A stretch of DNA of 64,000 bases from Owenia fusiformis (lineage: Eukaryota), in assembly GCA_903813345.2 (NCBI GenBank), contig CAIIXF020000001.1:11842001-11906000 (forward strand), given 5' to 3'. Positions 1 through 14,010 of the stretch are shown here, piece by piece. The translations under genes were made by a program, and so were the position numbers. Numbering within the stretch: the stretch's first letter is position 1; each line of letters opens with the position of its first letter. The notes beneath the pieces were generated by a model. It saw only the letters and a program-made list of their open reading frames with translations. It did not search any database and was not told where the DNA came from.

Positions 1-1684
1 ACCTTTCACTCATCTTTGAAATGTTTTTAGTTGGATCAACACCCGTCATATTAATATGATCCTTAGTCCATTCGATCAAACACCGAACAGGAGTGTGTTT
101 GGCTCCACAGGAGCAGAAATGGAGAAAGGTGCTTTTTGCGCAAAATAGTAATAGTATCCCCTACACTGGACTAAATCCACATGGGCTCATTCCCCTAACG
201 CATTGAAAATGGCTTTTTTATTTTACGAATAGCAAAAAACAATTCCCTAAATTCTAGTGATACTTTTTTACATTCCATAACCTGCTAATGGTCAAAAGTG
301 TAAAAAGTACAAACCTAGCAAACTTGTACAGTTTCGTTCATCTCAACCTCTTAAGATATATCAGAAATCTCCGTACGTTTTTTACAGTTTTATGCAATTA
401 TCTTTTGTTTATAGGATTGTGGTAAGGTATAGCTACGTGGGAGTGTGCCATAAAGAAAACAAACTGCTAAAGAATGCATGTTGATTTTTTGCGAATCCTG
501 GACAGCAAAATTCAAATAAGTAAAGGATTCCGAACTCAACTTAAAAATATCAATTTTTCCTGTATGCTCTTACTCTTTAATTGTTGCGATTACATAATAC
601 CTTTACCAGTGTGTGCATCCAGAGTGTTAACGAGTTCATTGAACAACGAATCTTCTCACTTGTATTCGGACATAATCTTTTGTGAACACATGATTATGAT
701 GATCTTTATTGTATTCTATAGGCAATTTGCACGTCATGGATCAGATCTTTTGAGTCCGGTAACGCGAACGTATACTAAATCTACTTTAAATGTCCATTCG
801 TTTCAATGTAGGACTCACTGGATGGACTATCAAAGTGGCTCATTTGCATGCCCAGAGCAACATAAATTGGTTGCTAAAAAGGTATATTATTCTGTTTAAA
901 AAACTTAATTATCAAAAAGAAAATATATACCTTTGCATCAGGCACTTAACTATTGCTTTTCCACAATCATACGCATCGTGATCCCACCATGATCAACAAA
1001 AGGTGGAAAAACTAATAACCCAGGCCTGCGAGATAAAAAAAACAAACTAAAAATCAATGAGCATATCAATGTTATCTGATACTAGGATGAAGAAATTTCT
1101 CGTCTTCAACTACCCAGTCTGATATGACCATCGTCAGTCTGATCGTTGCGGCGTCTCATTTCCACGTTTTTTCACTTCACTTTGGACTTTTAAAACATAC
1201 CACAAGCTTCACATGACAAACTGTGATTGACATATCATACTGGATCGTCGACAGACCATACATCATTACTTCACTCCATCTGCAAACATCAAGATAACAC
1301 ATAAACAGTTATACACATATTTTATTTTTTCGTTTAAACGGAGCAATAAATCAAAACACTCACTTATAAAGGTGTATGAATTACTGGTAATCATAGATTA
1401 TGGTGTGCCGAGTGATTTATAGGTATTTGACATATTTTTCCAAAAGCGTGTTGTCTTGTTGGTATTTACCCCACCTGACTAAAGAGAAACTTGAAAGATT
1501 ATATTACTAAATACAACTTTGTAAATAAGGAATTTGCATATAACACTGCAATCTACTTTTAATAGATTGGTGAGGTTAACACAGATAAAGATGTCACTAC
1601 GTTACATTTGTATTATAGTGGTATTTTCACACAATGTGTGATGGGTGTACATGAGAGTAGATACTTACACGGTATATATGTGCT

Positions 1685-1915
1685 ATGGCGGATCCGGGGG
1701 GGGGGGGCCATGGGGCCCGCCCTCCCCCCCCCCTAAGGTTGGCCCAAAAAAAAAAGTTGGGTCCAAAAAAATTTTAGGCCAAAAGAGGCCTTAAGGCCCC
1801 AAAAAGTGGGCCTTTTGGTCATTATTGGGCCTTCTAAGGCCTTATTTTTTTTAATTTTAGGCCTAATTTTGAAGAAAATGGGCCTCAAATTTTCAAAATT
1901 TGGGCCCACTTTTTT
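1685..1915. mobile_element. Truncated copy of the GGCC-rich MITE family
   Basis: TGGCGGATCC start, poly-G/poly-C, and AAGGCCTTATTTTTT...GAAGAAAATGGG block matching 11640-11760. Confidence 0.6.
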
Positions 1916-3106
1916 GATGTGATTCTGCAATAACGGAAAATATGGCATCACTTCATTTGTCAGCCTCGAATACGATTGAATTTCCTTGTCTTTGTGTTGA
2001 CAGTCTTTGTAATCTGAAACGGGATTTTATAGCCGTTTCGTAATCGTAATACTTTTTGTTGTGGATGCAAAACGTGACTGACGTTTAATCATGGCTTTCA
2101 AGAGAATTCTGTGTACAGAGGCAGGGGAAAGTGCAAAATAAAAAATATTACAATTAAGATAAACAAAATTAAATGTTAATTCATCAAAATAAAGATTTAA
2201 GCATGGTGTCTTATTCCGAGTTGGGTTCTATCAAATTGAAATGCTAATTACATTAATTTATATGTATAGGCTCAAATGATTCATGAAGCACCGAGATATT
2301 GACATTTTTGTTCTCAAAATTGAATAATGTCACATTAATATTTTTATTATTTTTGCCCGGCCTTACCCGTGTGGAACAATTGAAAATACATCATATTAAT
2401 TTGTTTTTAATTTTGTCAAACTATATTCAAAGTTGGCGCTTTTCTATTTTGAATCAGGACTTTTGATTGGTCCGACAGATAAACTTTTTTGATTGGATAC
2501 AAATTCTATAGCTAGTATTCACATTTTCAACGAACGATGAGGTACACTAAAACGTTCACGTGAATTTCTGTTAAATAACCTTTCAGTCAATCAACATCAT
2601 TTGAAAACTGAATACTAAAATTGCTAGCTATAAATTATAACGTTTAGACTTACTTTTACCTCCTTTTACACATAAATAAAAAGCGTGCGTATAAGCTTAC
2701 TGAGAGTGAAATCTGTTCGTTTTGCAGGTCGATTATCTCAAGCCTCGTTTTGAACTTACCTGGTAACGTTCTAAACAAGTGTGAAATTACATGTCGAGTA
2801 AGAAGATGATCCATAATAAAGCGATTATGTGCAATTGAACCTTCACGGACAGGTAAGTTGTGATAATTCTCATCGATCTTCACCTTTGACACTTTCCAGT
2901 GTGGAATCAAGCTCAAGTGGGTTTCAAATGATGTCTAATTTCTAGTTGCAGCCCAAAAACTTCAAAAACTTCATAAAATTTAAAAAGTTTTTCAAAAGTT
3001 GTCACACCGTAGAAGTAAGCGTACACGTCAAAAAGTATATCTAAAAGACTACTGAACTCTGATAATGAATGTTTGGATCATTCTAGTGAAGGATGACAGT
3101 GAGTTA

Positions 3107-3903
3107 CAGTGGCGTAGCATGGGTATGGGTTACTTCGGTCCAAAGCCTTCTCTATATTCCGGCTTTGAGGAGGAAGATTGAGCTGCCTTAGTATTGTAAA
3201 TATTGTAAATCATTGTGTCACACGCACAGTAAATATCATATGGCATAATAATATGAAATATACCTTTATGTATAGATTTGAAGAAAATCAGCTCACATCC
3301 CCGTCTGAATCTATTGTTATATTTGATTTCTTTAAGCGAGAATAATTTCAAATTTTATTCACGTACAGAACCGGAAGCCATTTTTAGCTACAGCGAGAAA
3401 ATTTCACCATGTTTCAAACTCCGAAATGAAATTTTGAAATATCTAAATCTAGACAAGCAACGCTTCATCCTAAATATGATTAATATTCTTAAAAATATTT
3501 ATAAAATTTATTAAAAATGAATTCTAGGTGCGTGTAGGTGCGTGTAGCACCTTTTCTAGAGTACATACGAAATCAATGAAGTTACGTCTAGCTGTAAGCT
3601 AGAGACTCGAGTAAGGTATGGGTACAAGTGAGTGAAGCGAACAAGCTTTGAGGGGAATTGGAATGAGATTCAGTCTGAATTTATTCAGACGAAGAATACA
3701 GTCTAGGGGTTCGGGGCTGGGTTCCGCCAAGTAAATTTGAAAAGGAGATTGCATTTGAAGTGTTCTGGGGCATTCTAAAATACGAAATTCTGACTTAACG
3801 GACTAATAAAATGTAAGTTATTTGGCATTTTTTGTCAATTTTTAAAGTTTAAATTTTGAGAGTACGCCATGGCATTCTATGCATATATGAGGCTAGGCCA
3901 TTG
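3107..3903. mobile_element. Degenerate hAT-like non-autonomous element
   Basis: CAGTGGCGTAGC ... GCTAGGCCATTG ends; flanks AGTTA/AGTTG. Confidence 0.45.
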
Positions 3904-6225
3904 AGTTGATTGGTTGATATTTGTGGGTTTTGGGAATTTTAGCTGCATAGCCTGGCAAATACAGTGTATAATCAGCTAATAGTCTTCCCACAATCCATGC
4001 TCCTTGCCATGTATTGTACATGTATAGAGACAGAGGGCTATCCCTGCTGTGAAGAGTTGGGCGAGAGCTATACTGTATATGTTAGCTTGGATAAGTGCAA
4101 TCCACATTTGCACTCATCATTAAACTTTTTTCTTCGTTGGCGGGTTATGCTTGGAAGTTAAACCTAGTCGCAGGCCAAAGAGATGTCAGATAAGAAAGCC
4201 CAGACTAAGTTTAACTTGTTGAACTAAGTTTTTACTAACAAACATACCCTAGACTTAAATCACCATGGCCATGAAGTTACTTTGAACAAGAATTCAGGAG
4301 CCGATGGTTTTAATTAATAGAGGTCAGATATCATAGTATGTGGCACAAAGAAAGTCCACTGACTACACTTGGAAGATCCTATAAAAACTGATATTTTGTA
4401 AACAGGAGATTCATTTTTCTCAGAAAGCTTTATATAGATGCCGGTCAATGAAGCGCCATGAATTTTTCACGAATCATATAATGCCCCCCCCCCCCCTATA
4501 ATGAAAGCAATTTTAAGTATTTGATAATTATAATAACATGCTACCATGAGACTAATTTATTTGAACCTTTATTAAGAACATCTTGATTTGCAGGTTCATT
4601 AAATTTTCATGGCTGAAAGAAAAACTATAATAGATCTATACTGTACTGGTATATAGTATAATGAAAGAAAAAATATCAATAGAACAAATCGAAGTTCGGA
4701 AAGGAATTTCCATATCAAATTCAAGTCTATTATACTGCAGCAGTTTCACTTGCAGGCAGCAGCATTCAGTGTTATATTTCACGATTGATCATAATCGTTA
4801 TCGAGAGAACATGGCACTCTATTTGATTTTGTCGTGTTGAACCTCTGGAGTTACTGTTTTGTTACATAACATGTTAAACATACCCTTACAGTGTATACAA
4901 ATGAATGTTCAGTACTGTTTACTGATATACTGTAACCTAGGTATTTGACCATAGTTTTGCTAATTTGATTTATTTGGTATATTTATTCCCTTAAATTGCC
5001 CTTTGATAATGTTTAACTCAAATTGATCACTCACAATAATTATCCAATGAATTAACATACCTTGGTTAAATACGAGTATTTTAAAAAAGGCCATATCACC
5101 AACATAATTTAAAAGTACATATAATTACATTGAAGCATAGTAAAACTTGAACAACTATGAAGCCACAAAAAGTGTTGACTGTAAGTAGGTGTTTACTACA
5201 GAGAGGGGATTTCATATAGAAGTCAATGTAAAATGTGTCTTAAGTGGTTTTCACTAACCACAGGTGTTCACTAAGACAGGTTTTACTGTATTGCAGCATC
5301 AAATATGAAATTGATCACAGATGTCATTGTTTTGTTCTCGTAACTATGGTGATAAACATTATTCTGTACATTAGTTTAATAATACTACTGTAGAATAGAG
5401 TATTTTCACCTATGTTTAATATATAATTTATTACTTGTTAATATGTTACATAATATGCAATGGCATAATCAGATGAGAATCATGTGAATCATCATCAAAC
5501 ATGTGTAAATTAACAATGATTCATATTGACAAGTTTGTTAACTTTAAGTTCATCTTGGGATCAATGACCAAAACTTCATACATTAAAGAATTCAATAGAT
5601 AGAAATTCTTATCTTAACATTTTTATATCACTGCCAAAAGCGGTGACATATTGTTATGGTCTCCAACTTTTTTTGTGATGGTGGTTGGCATTCAGTGTGT
5701 GTAACAAATGGCATGTTGTAACATTTTTCATGTTAAGGCCTTGCTTGTTTTGTAAATGAGTCCCTGTTGTTTTAATTCTATTAATCAAACACTAAATGTA
5801 AATAGCCCAATTGAAACTATGATATTTAGATCCGGTACACTGTGGTACACTTTGCTAAATGCTATATTTTTAGATCATTCCATAATAGAATTGGACATTT
5901 CTATTGAATTCACTTGTATTTACTGTAATTATACAATCTTAAATATCATGAAGAGTGAATGATTAATATCATACATGTAGATCCACATAAAGGAGAGAAT
6001 CCGAGTCTAATATATTATTAAATTATATCATTTTGAATAAAGGAATGGTCTTTTTCAATTGCATTAATGTCATTATTCTCCCTTGGATTTAGTTGGATGA
6101 TTCTGATGAGCTACGGGCGATATTCCCATGAAGAAAATGTAATTTCTGATACTGGTTATAATGAAAGGGCATAATATGGGGACAAAATCAATATAAATCA
6201 ATATTTGCCATAAATAATTAATTAA

Positions 6226-6448
6226 GGCCAGGGTGCATGTTCGAATTTTTTTGCAATTTTGAAAAGTAAACCACTGAATATTCTACTTATTCAACTTTTC
6301 TGAAAAATTATCAACCCTCAGTTAATAGTCTAGGTACACCAATGCATCTTTTGTGCAAGAATGAAAGATGTAGATGATGTGTGGAATGAGTTATGTTTAT
6401 CTGAAAATAGCACTTGGTCATGAAATTTCACCAAAGTGCACCCTGACC
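6226..6448. mobile_element. TTAA-target MITE (Kolobok-like)
   Basis: TTAA|GGCCAGGGTGCA ... TGCACCCTGACC|TTAA. Confidence 0.7.
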
Positions 6449-7397
6449 TTAATACATTTTGGGGAGAGGGTAAAATTGCTTTTCATTTCAAAGAAACAGA
6501 CTTCTAATTTGAAAGTTTCAATTAATGTAAAATTGCATCGAAAGAGAGAGGGAGGGTCTCTATTTTTCTTCCACATTGTTTAGTATGAAAACCCAGTTTG
6601 AAAGTCCATGATGTTTTTTTTGTACAGGATTACATGGTTTTATAATCTATATTTTATCTTGCTATTGATTGATTGTAGGATTACATGCTCTGTGTGTTAA
6701 CACAGGGAGATAACATGAAGATGTGAAACAGTGACTACCTTATATTGATTTATTTTGTTATCTCCATAGTAACATCACGTTTATTATATCTAACTTATTC
6801 TATTGAATAAATATCAAATGATACTAACCAACCTGTATGCACATTGTAAATTCTAGTTAAAACTAGTCTTATCTCAACACTTTGTACCCCCCCTACCTCC
6901 TATACTTTGGAAGGTGATGTAAATGGGGGAAACAGTTAAAACCACCATTCTTCAGAATCAGACTCTCTCATCCATTGATGAATATGGAGAAGGGGTGGCT
7001 TAATTACTGCAATATAAGTGTGGAACAAGTCTGATTGAATGGTTCGATTGTGCAATGCATTGTTCAGTGTTTTGTTGAATGTGTGTTATTTCAAATGTCG
7101 ACCTTATGCCTTCTCATATTGTGTTTATCAATCTGAGCGCCCTAAGACACATACACTATGTCAGTGACAAGATACTCAAAAGTGTTTTGATTAGATATGA
7201 ACTGGAAGAAATGTTACAATATGTAAAAATATTTATTCTGTAAATCAGTTTCCAATATCAGATGTTTTGAGTGCATTATTGTCTAAAAGAATTATAGGTT
7301 CTGTGATACATGTTTTACATTAAATAATGAAATTGTAATTTATGATTCCAGATATACTTCTAGAATATCACAGATCTTTGAGAAAGTGTGACTAACT

Positions 7398-9827
7398 ATG
7401 CCTCCCAAGAAGAAAAAAGATGATAAGCCCCCTCCCCAGGTGGGGCCTGGGAGTAAAATAAGTGCCTTGCCCGATCTGCTGAAGAAACACATTATAGTAG
7501 TGGAAGACTCAAGAGACAGACTCCTGAAGTTTTCAACCCAAAAACTGAAAGCCATACCAACTGAAATATACAAAAATGAAGAGGTCTGTGAACGTGCTGT
7601 TGATCTTGACGCGCCAAATAATTTCATTAAGAAGCTACCAGGTGCAATATCGGGACTGTCCGAATTAAGACGACTGAACTTTAAGAACAATGTATTGACT
7701 CTATTGCCAAGTTCTGTGTCAAAGATGAAGCAACTGGTTTTCCTTGATGCTTCAGAGAATAACATTCGGATGCTGCCTACTACGATTCACAAGGCAACAT
7801 CTTTGAAACATCTTCAAGCCAACAACAACAGAATCAAATCCCTGCCGAGAAATATTGGAAAATGTCCAAAACTGGCATTCATAAATGTCTCACACAATAA
7901 CATCAAATCCCTAAAGAAAAACATTTATAACTTGACAGCTACAGTGGATGTGTCTCATAATAAACTGACCACTCTACCAGAAGTGACTGTTACAAAAAAG
8001 CTACAAGCCAATCTGAATAATCTGGATGTTTCACATAACATGATCGAAATTCTGCCTGAAGGACTTGACAAACTCCTGTGTCTTCAGAGATTCAACCTTT
8101 CCCATAATGAACTTGAGGAATTACCCCCATCTATTGGCTCCCTCAAGTATGTGAGCTTCTTGGATATATCAAACAACCATCTAGGTCAGCTCCCAAGTGA
8201 AATCTGTAATTTGGCCTTTGCTCTTCAGGATTTCCACTGTAGCAACAATGAGTTAAAGTCTCTCCCAGAAGAGCTCGCTAATTTCAAGAAATTAAACATT
8301 CTTGAAGCGTCTGGCAACAAAATCGCAACCTTGCCCCCTAATTTTGAATCAATGAGGACAATAACCCGTCTAGATTTGTCAAATAATAACCTCTCTAATG
8401 TAGATGCTATTGTTGGATTGGTTAAGTGTGACTTCATCGATGTGTCTAACAATAAAATTGAAACCCTGCCAAATCAATTTGCAGAGTTGAAGGTTCTTAC
8501 AGAGTTCAACTGTTCCCACAATCTTCTGAAGGATCTTCCAGATGAGATTGGACGAATCCAAACCCTCAAAAGCTTATATGCATCTAATAACAGCATACAT
8601 GCCCTCCCAATTGGTCTTGGAGATGATCAACTGCTGAAGACTCTCATAGTGTCATACAACAAAATCCTAGTTCTACATGAAGACATGAGGAAGCTTCGTG
8701 CTTTAGAAGTCCTGAAGGTTGACCATAATAAGATGACCCAGATGCCAAAATCCTTTGAATCATCCCTCACAATGCTCGAAGAGTTTGATATATCTGGAAA
8801 TGAGGTGATCAACCTTAAATTGCCAACTTCAATAAAATCACTGAACATTTCTGGGAACTGCATTGACCTTCCTGCCATGGATCCAAAACATTCTCTCCTT
8901 GTCACCCTTGGAGATGACAAATATGGTCGTGTCCTGAAGGAGCTTGATATATCGCACCTTGAAATGGATGAGCTACCCAAGTCAGTGTGTTCCCTGAGAT
9001 TGCTTACAAAGCTGAACATATCAAACAATCAAATTACAGGTCTCCCCAGCAAAATATGCCGCTTGAAAATGTTGATATATTTCGATATGTCGCACAATCA
9101 AATTGAGGAGCTCCCAGATGCATTTGGTGAATCCATGGGTGCATTAAAGGTGTTCAATGCTTCACATAACAAATTATCCCAGTTCAATGAGAGCCTCACT
9201 CAACTTCACATGATTGAGAAGTTGGATCTATCCCATAATAACTTCTCCCTGTTACCAGAAAACTTTGGACAGCTTCATAAACTCACGTCTCTTAATATAT
9301 CAAACTGTGAGGTTCTCTGCTTGCCCAATGATAGAGTTGATATCCTTGCATCCTTATTGGAACTTGATTTGTGCCATAACCACATAAATGCCATTCCCAC
9401 AGATTGGCCGTATCTTTACAGAATTGAGACTCTTAACCTAGCTTCAAACGACATATCGGAGCTGCCTAAAGATATAATCAAAATGAAATCATTGAATCAT
9501 TTGGATTTGCACGACAACATCATTGAGTCACTTCCTGATACCATGGTGAAGATGAATTGGTTAAAATTCCTAGATGTGAGTGACAATAAAATCACCAGAG
9601 CGATCCCAAAATGTATCGAGGTTCTGAAGAGCAAAGGATCAAATATCACAATGTCGGAACAATCTGGTTATAAATCACGAGAAGCTAGAGAAAGGCCAAC
9701 AGATATCAAAGAGGAATCGCCAAAGCCAAAAAAGAAAAGTCCGAAAGGAAAAAGGAAATCAGCAACCATGCAAACCAGCCCAACGCCATCTAGAAAAAAC
9801 AAAGTTGTTCCCACAGCTGCAAGCTGA
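7398..9827 (+). CDS. Leucine-rich-repeat-only protein (809 aa), single coding exon, Lys-rich N- and C-terminal tails
   Basis: Long ORF of consecutive LxxLxLSxNxLxxLP repeats. An in-frame TGA at 7389-7391 fixes the ATG. A splice acceptor (ttccag, 7350) precedes it, implying a spliced 5'UTR. Candidate AATAAA at 11902. Confidence 0.9.
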   Translation: MPPKKKKDDKPPPQVGPGSKISALPDLLKKHIIVVEDSRDRLLKFSTQKLKAIPTEIYKNEEVCERAVDLDAPNNFIKKLPGAISGLSELRRLNFKNNVLTLLPSSVSKMKQLVFLDASENNIRMLPTTIHKATSLKHLQANNNRIKSLPRNIGKCPKLAFINVSHNNIKSLKKNIYNLTATVDVSHNKLTTLPEVTVTKKLQANLNNLDVSHNMIEILPEGLDKLLCLQRFNLSHNELEELPPSIGSLKYVSFLDISNNHLGQLPSEICNLAFALQDFHCSNNELKSLPEELANFKKLNILEASGNKIATLPPNFESMRTITRLDLSNNNLSNVDAIVGLVKCDFIDVSNNKIETLPNQFAELKVLTEFNCSHNLLKDLPDEIGRIQTLKSLYASNNSIHALPIGLGDDQLLKTLIVSYNKILVLHEDMRKLRALEVLKVDHNKMTQMPKSFESSLTMLEEFDISGNEVINLKLPTSIKSLNISGNCIDLPAMDPKHSLLVTLGDDKYGRVLKELDISHLEMDELPKSVCSLRLLTKLNISNNQITGLPSKICRLKMLIYFDMSHNQIEELPDAFGESMGALKVFNASHNKLSQFNESLTQLHMIEKLDLSHNNFSLLPENFGQLHKLTSLNISNCEVLCLPNDRVDILASLLELDLCHNHINAIPTDWPYLYRIETLNLASNDISELPKDIIKMKSLNHLDLHDNIIESLPDTMVKMNWLKFLDVSDNKITRAIPKCIEVLKSKGSNITMSEQSGYKSREARERPTDIKEESPKPKKKSPKGKRKSATMQTSPTPSRKNKVVPTAAS

Positions 9828-10329
9828 GGAAATGTAACATAGTATATAGCCATATATGGTTTAAAAAATTCGCTTGTCGAAATACATGGCGATTCTTCAA
9901 GTAAGCATTGAGATCACTTGGACGAATTTCAAACATGCTTTTCTTGGAAAACAAGAGTGTCAGTTGTCGAAGAGTGTCAGTAGTCACTCATTCCAAATGA
10001 ATGTGTGAGAAATGAAAATGAAGGATACGCTGAAATTCTGTGCAAAAGTATTTAAATCAGGAACATAACAATATAAATGCGCACACAGGGGACTCAATTG
10101 AGTCAAAATATCACTGGACTTCATTTTCTTTTCAATTGAAATATAAACACCTGAGAAAATATTTTTGAAAATTTTGTCAAGGCAATTGCCTCCCCTCTTA
10201 TCCAGCTATGCCTCTGACACATGTACTCGTTTGTACTTACATGAATCCTTATAGTATTTCCCTTTGAGTAAAGGGTAATATTTTTCATATTGTTTCTGAA
10301 TTGAAATTGCTTGCTTACAAGTATCTTGT

Positions 10330-10535
10330 CAGTGATCTCCCTAGCATTAAAGCAAGTGGGAGCAGCACCCACCTGAGATTTTAAAAACAGGCTTGCATCC
10401 ACCTGAAAATCTATTTGCACCCACTTGAAAATGACAAAAATTATGAAAAATGGGCATAATTTAACCAATTTCGGTCTGAATTGTGAAAATGAGAATTTTG
10501 CACCCACCTGAGCAAAAATCCTGGGGAAATCACTG
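10330..10535. mobile_element. CAGTG...CACTG MITE with near-perfect 5-bp TSD (hAT5-like); second copy at 30981-31186
   Basis: TIR CAGTGATCTCCC / GGGGAAATCACTG; flanks CTTGT/CTTAT; body aligns with 30981-31186. Confidence 0.75.
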
Positions 10536-11601
10536 CTTATGTATATAATGACAATGACACTCTATAGAGGCAACAATATTATACTAATGACAAGCTTGAT
10601 AGCATAAAAGTCAAATAGCCAAAAAATGTGAGATTCTTCTGGCTTTTAAAAGCTTCTGTACTCAAGAGATTTTTGCATGTTACAGTATATATTTTTCATA
10701 AATTCATATTTTTATGTTAAAAGGCAGTAGTTAATTAATTGTAAATATATATAAATTGCTAACTGAAATTACAGAAAACTGATAATCTGAACTGAACATG
10801 TTGTTAGCAACAAATTACCAAAGGGCAATATACCGCATACTGTACATTCTGTCATTCTGATCTCACTTAAGAACAGACACACATATATGCTTATAAAAGT
10901 GTCAAATTATTTAAAAATTATTGTAGATTTGTTTCGTGTAGAAGTGCACATTTCTAGATTTGATATTAAAGGCAGAATCATACATTTAGCTCAATATTTG
11001 TCATGAATATTTATCTATTTTGGAAGATTGTCTCTTTAAATTTTACATTAAGTTTTATTAACATCAAATTACCTACAAATAATGTATGTATATTGTTTTG
11101 CAATTTGTTTATGTTGTCCATTGTATATGTCAACAAGTATATGGAAAAAGTGCCTTCTTTAAAATATGTTCCACATTTTTGTAAATATTATTTTTATACT
11201 TATTATGCTAGGTTTAGGTGCTCTATCATATTTAGTTTATTTACTTCGTGTAGCTGTGTTTTCTATGCTGTGTAAATTATGCACATTGATTTTTTAGACT
11301 ATGTTTGTTAATGCACACCAGTAAGGCATACTTGTAAATTTTCTGTTTTATTGTATATTTATTTCTGTGAACATATGAGTAGTGGTCTTGTTGGAACAAG
11401 AAAAATTGGTTTTGGAACCATTAAAGTTTAGAACTGTATTTAATATTTCACAATTAAAATCTTTCAAGAAATCACATTTTTAGTTACCCTGTATTATATT
11501 TAAATTCATACATTGTCTGATGCATTATAAATAACTGCTGATATACCTTATGTATGTGATGTTTTATAGGATGACTTTTCATCAACTCTTCTTCAACTGT
11601 T

Positions 11602-11829
11602 CACTGGCGGATGGGGGGAGTGGGGCTGGGTAGGCCCAGAAAAAAATTTTGGGCGAAAAAAGACCTTAAAGCCTTTTTGGTCATTACTGGGCCTTTTAAG
11701 GCCTTATTTTTTAATTTCAGGCCAAATTTTGAAGAAAATGGGTCTCAAAATTTCAAAGTTTGGTTTTCAACTTTTTCCTGACATAAAATCCCCCCCCCCC
11801 CCCCTTGTTGGTTCCCAGATCCGCCTCTG
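11602..11829. mobile_element. GGCC-rich MITE (CACTGGCGGAT...ATCCGCCTCTG) with 5-bp TSD; relatives at about 1685-1915, 24860-25080 and 40037-40250
   Basis: TSD CTGTT on both sides; internal GGGCC/GGCCT motifs shared with the other copies. Confidence 0.75.
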
Positions 11830-13159
11830 CTGTTGCCATTGTAAGTAAATGTATGTAATTTGTATGTATTAAATACATGTCATGTACTGCTTTACAACTG
11901 CAATAAAATATTATTCATTTCTATAACAGTCAGATGTAGTTTACTAGTATATTTTTTATATGAAATATTGCACCCAGTATTGTGAACCAAATCCAGCTGT
12001 TGAAAAAGTATGCAGTTCCAGTTAAGTTGACTAGATCTTCATGATCATGATTTATCATGATTATTCACCTCTTATTGAAGTGCATTGTTGACACCATACC
12101 AGAAGTTCATATTTAGGCTACATGAATATAAGTTACAAAAAGATACTTCCCCCTCTTTGGTATTGTTGATATAAAGTTCACCCTGCTATTGCCATCTTTT
12201 TATTCCAAAATCTGCAAAAGTCACAAGAGAGGGGAATAAATAATTACCCAGAATTTAAAGATAACATATTTATATAAAAGGCATCCACATCGAAACCATG
12301 TGCATGAAGATGTTCAATTTTCTGCCAAATCAAACATTATAAAATGAGTCGATTGAGTCCCCACATAATAGAACCAAGGCTGAAAATCACTGCTGCCATC
12401 TTTTTTATGAAACAGTATTGAAATCTCCATCTTCATTTACAGTAAACGTGAGAACAAGAAAAGCTTTCCTCAAGGCCAAACTGTTCCATGTAGACAGGTG
12501 TTCCATACAGAGGTTCCGAACTTTGGCCAATCAAAATTGCATAATAAGGTTAAACATGTTCTCCAGGTTGGATTATTAAATCACAAAACTATTTTCTTCT
12601 TTTCGCAACTTTTTTTTAACTTCACAGGACGTTTTTGTAGCGCTTCAGTTCAGTTTTTAACAGTAGTCTGGTTTCCCATAAGTCACATTGCAGATCGAAG
12701 ATAGTGAAAGAATATAATTCTAAAATGTTATGCTAGGACACCTCCAAGGTTGCTCCATGTTTCTGCATACTATTAACTGAATCAGGTCAGAAGTCATTAT
12801 AACTTATCAGTTAATAGTGGATCCAATTTGACTGACGGAGGGATCTCTTAAATGTAGGTCAAGGAAGGTCATTCATTTACAATAACAACTGCATGTAGTA
12901 AATAACACCTTAATTAGAGCATATATTATTTTATGTTTAGAGAGCACTAATTAGATTTTAACAAAACAAAGTATTATGAAGTTTCAATTATAATGAAAAT
13001 CACCATTGTTAAGCCACCATTATGAAATTGCATTTATCAAAAGGGATGTGTTTAATTTAATTTAATGATACTTCCGTATGTGTTTGCTAAAATAGTCTAA
13101 TCTGAAGACTTATCAGGATCTCGGATGTCTTAATTAAATGAAATAGAATATGTTGTTAA

Positions 13160-13880
13160 AGGTCTCGTGCAAAGTTTAACATAGTTAATCATTCAACTTT
13201 TTATTATTTTCCATGACTTGAAAAACTATTTGAGACATTTTTGCACAATTTGATTTATAAAAAATCATCATATAATAGATAAATAAATCATTTTCAAACA
13301 TTTGAATTTCTCCCCATTTAGAAACAAACGTTGAGATTTTTAGATCATCAAACACAACACTTAACACTGTAAGCAAATCATTTTTCTACTCCATTGAGTA
13401 GATCAGGCAAAAGTTATAGTATTTCAATCATTCAATCTACGATTTTATACATACCTGAAATGTGTACTTTTAAAGCATTTTTAAAAAATCGTGATATCAC
13501 GAGGATACGCTGTTTTGTCATTCAGGTGGCAAAAATATTTTTCAAAAATGTTCTCGTACAAATATTTTCTAAATATATGCTACACTTTCAAAATAAAGCA
13601 ATATTGTTGGCTTATATAGATTGAAAATAATGAATATCATATTTCAAATATTTATGTACCAATGGATTCAATGAGAACTAACATTTCAAAATATTTTTTT
13701 CCCTGAACCTGCACTTATGAGTTAGTCCATTGCTTATTTTTGAAACGATTTTCTTAATTTTTTTCCCAACACAAAATAAGTAAATTTTTGAATGAAATTA
13801 AAAAGTTGGAACCACATTATGATAACATTGGGTAAGACTTATAATATAATCCAAAGTGGTTTAAACCTTATATGGGGCCT
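13160..13880. mobile_element. TTAA-target non-autonomous element (Kolobok-like), just upstream of the astacin-like ATG
   Basis: TTAA|AGGTCTCGTGCAAAGTTTAA ... TTAAACCTTATATGGGGCCT|TTAA imperfect TIRs. Confidence 0.6.
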
Positions 13881-14010
13881 TTAAAATTATGTTTGAAGAC
13901 CCGGTCTAATCAGCTCATATATAACACATTTACTAAAGAGAACCCTGGAATCCTGCGTGGAAAACTCATCAACATCCGATAGTACTCAAAAAGTTTAAAC
14001 CATACTGGCA

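Noticed and set aside
1-1050. Possible small exons or the 141-aa ORF at the window start
   Set aside because: Several AG/GT pairs exist, but I could not assemble a recognisable protein on either strand.
7340-9028. Antisense ORFs over the LRR gene
   Set aside because: No recognisable motifs; typical antisense shadows of a long coding exon.
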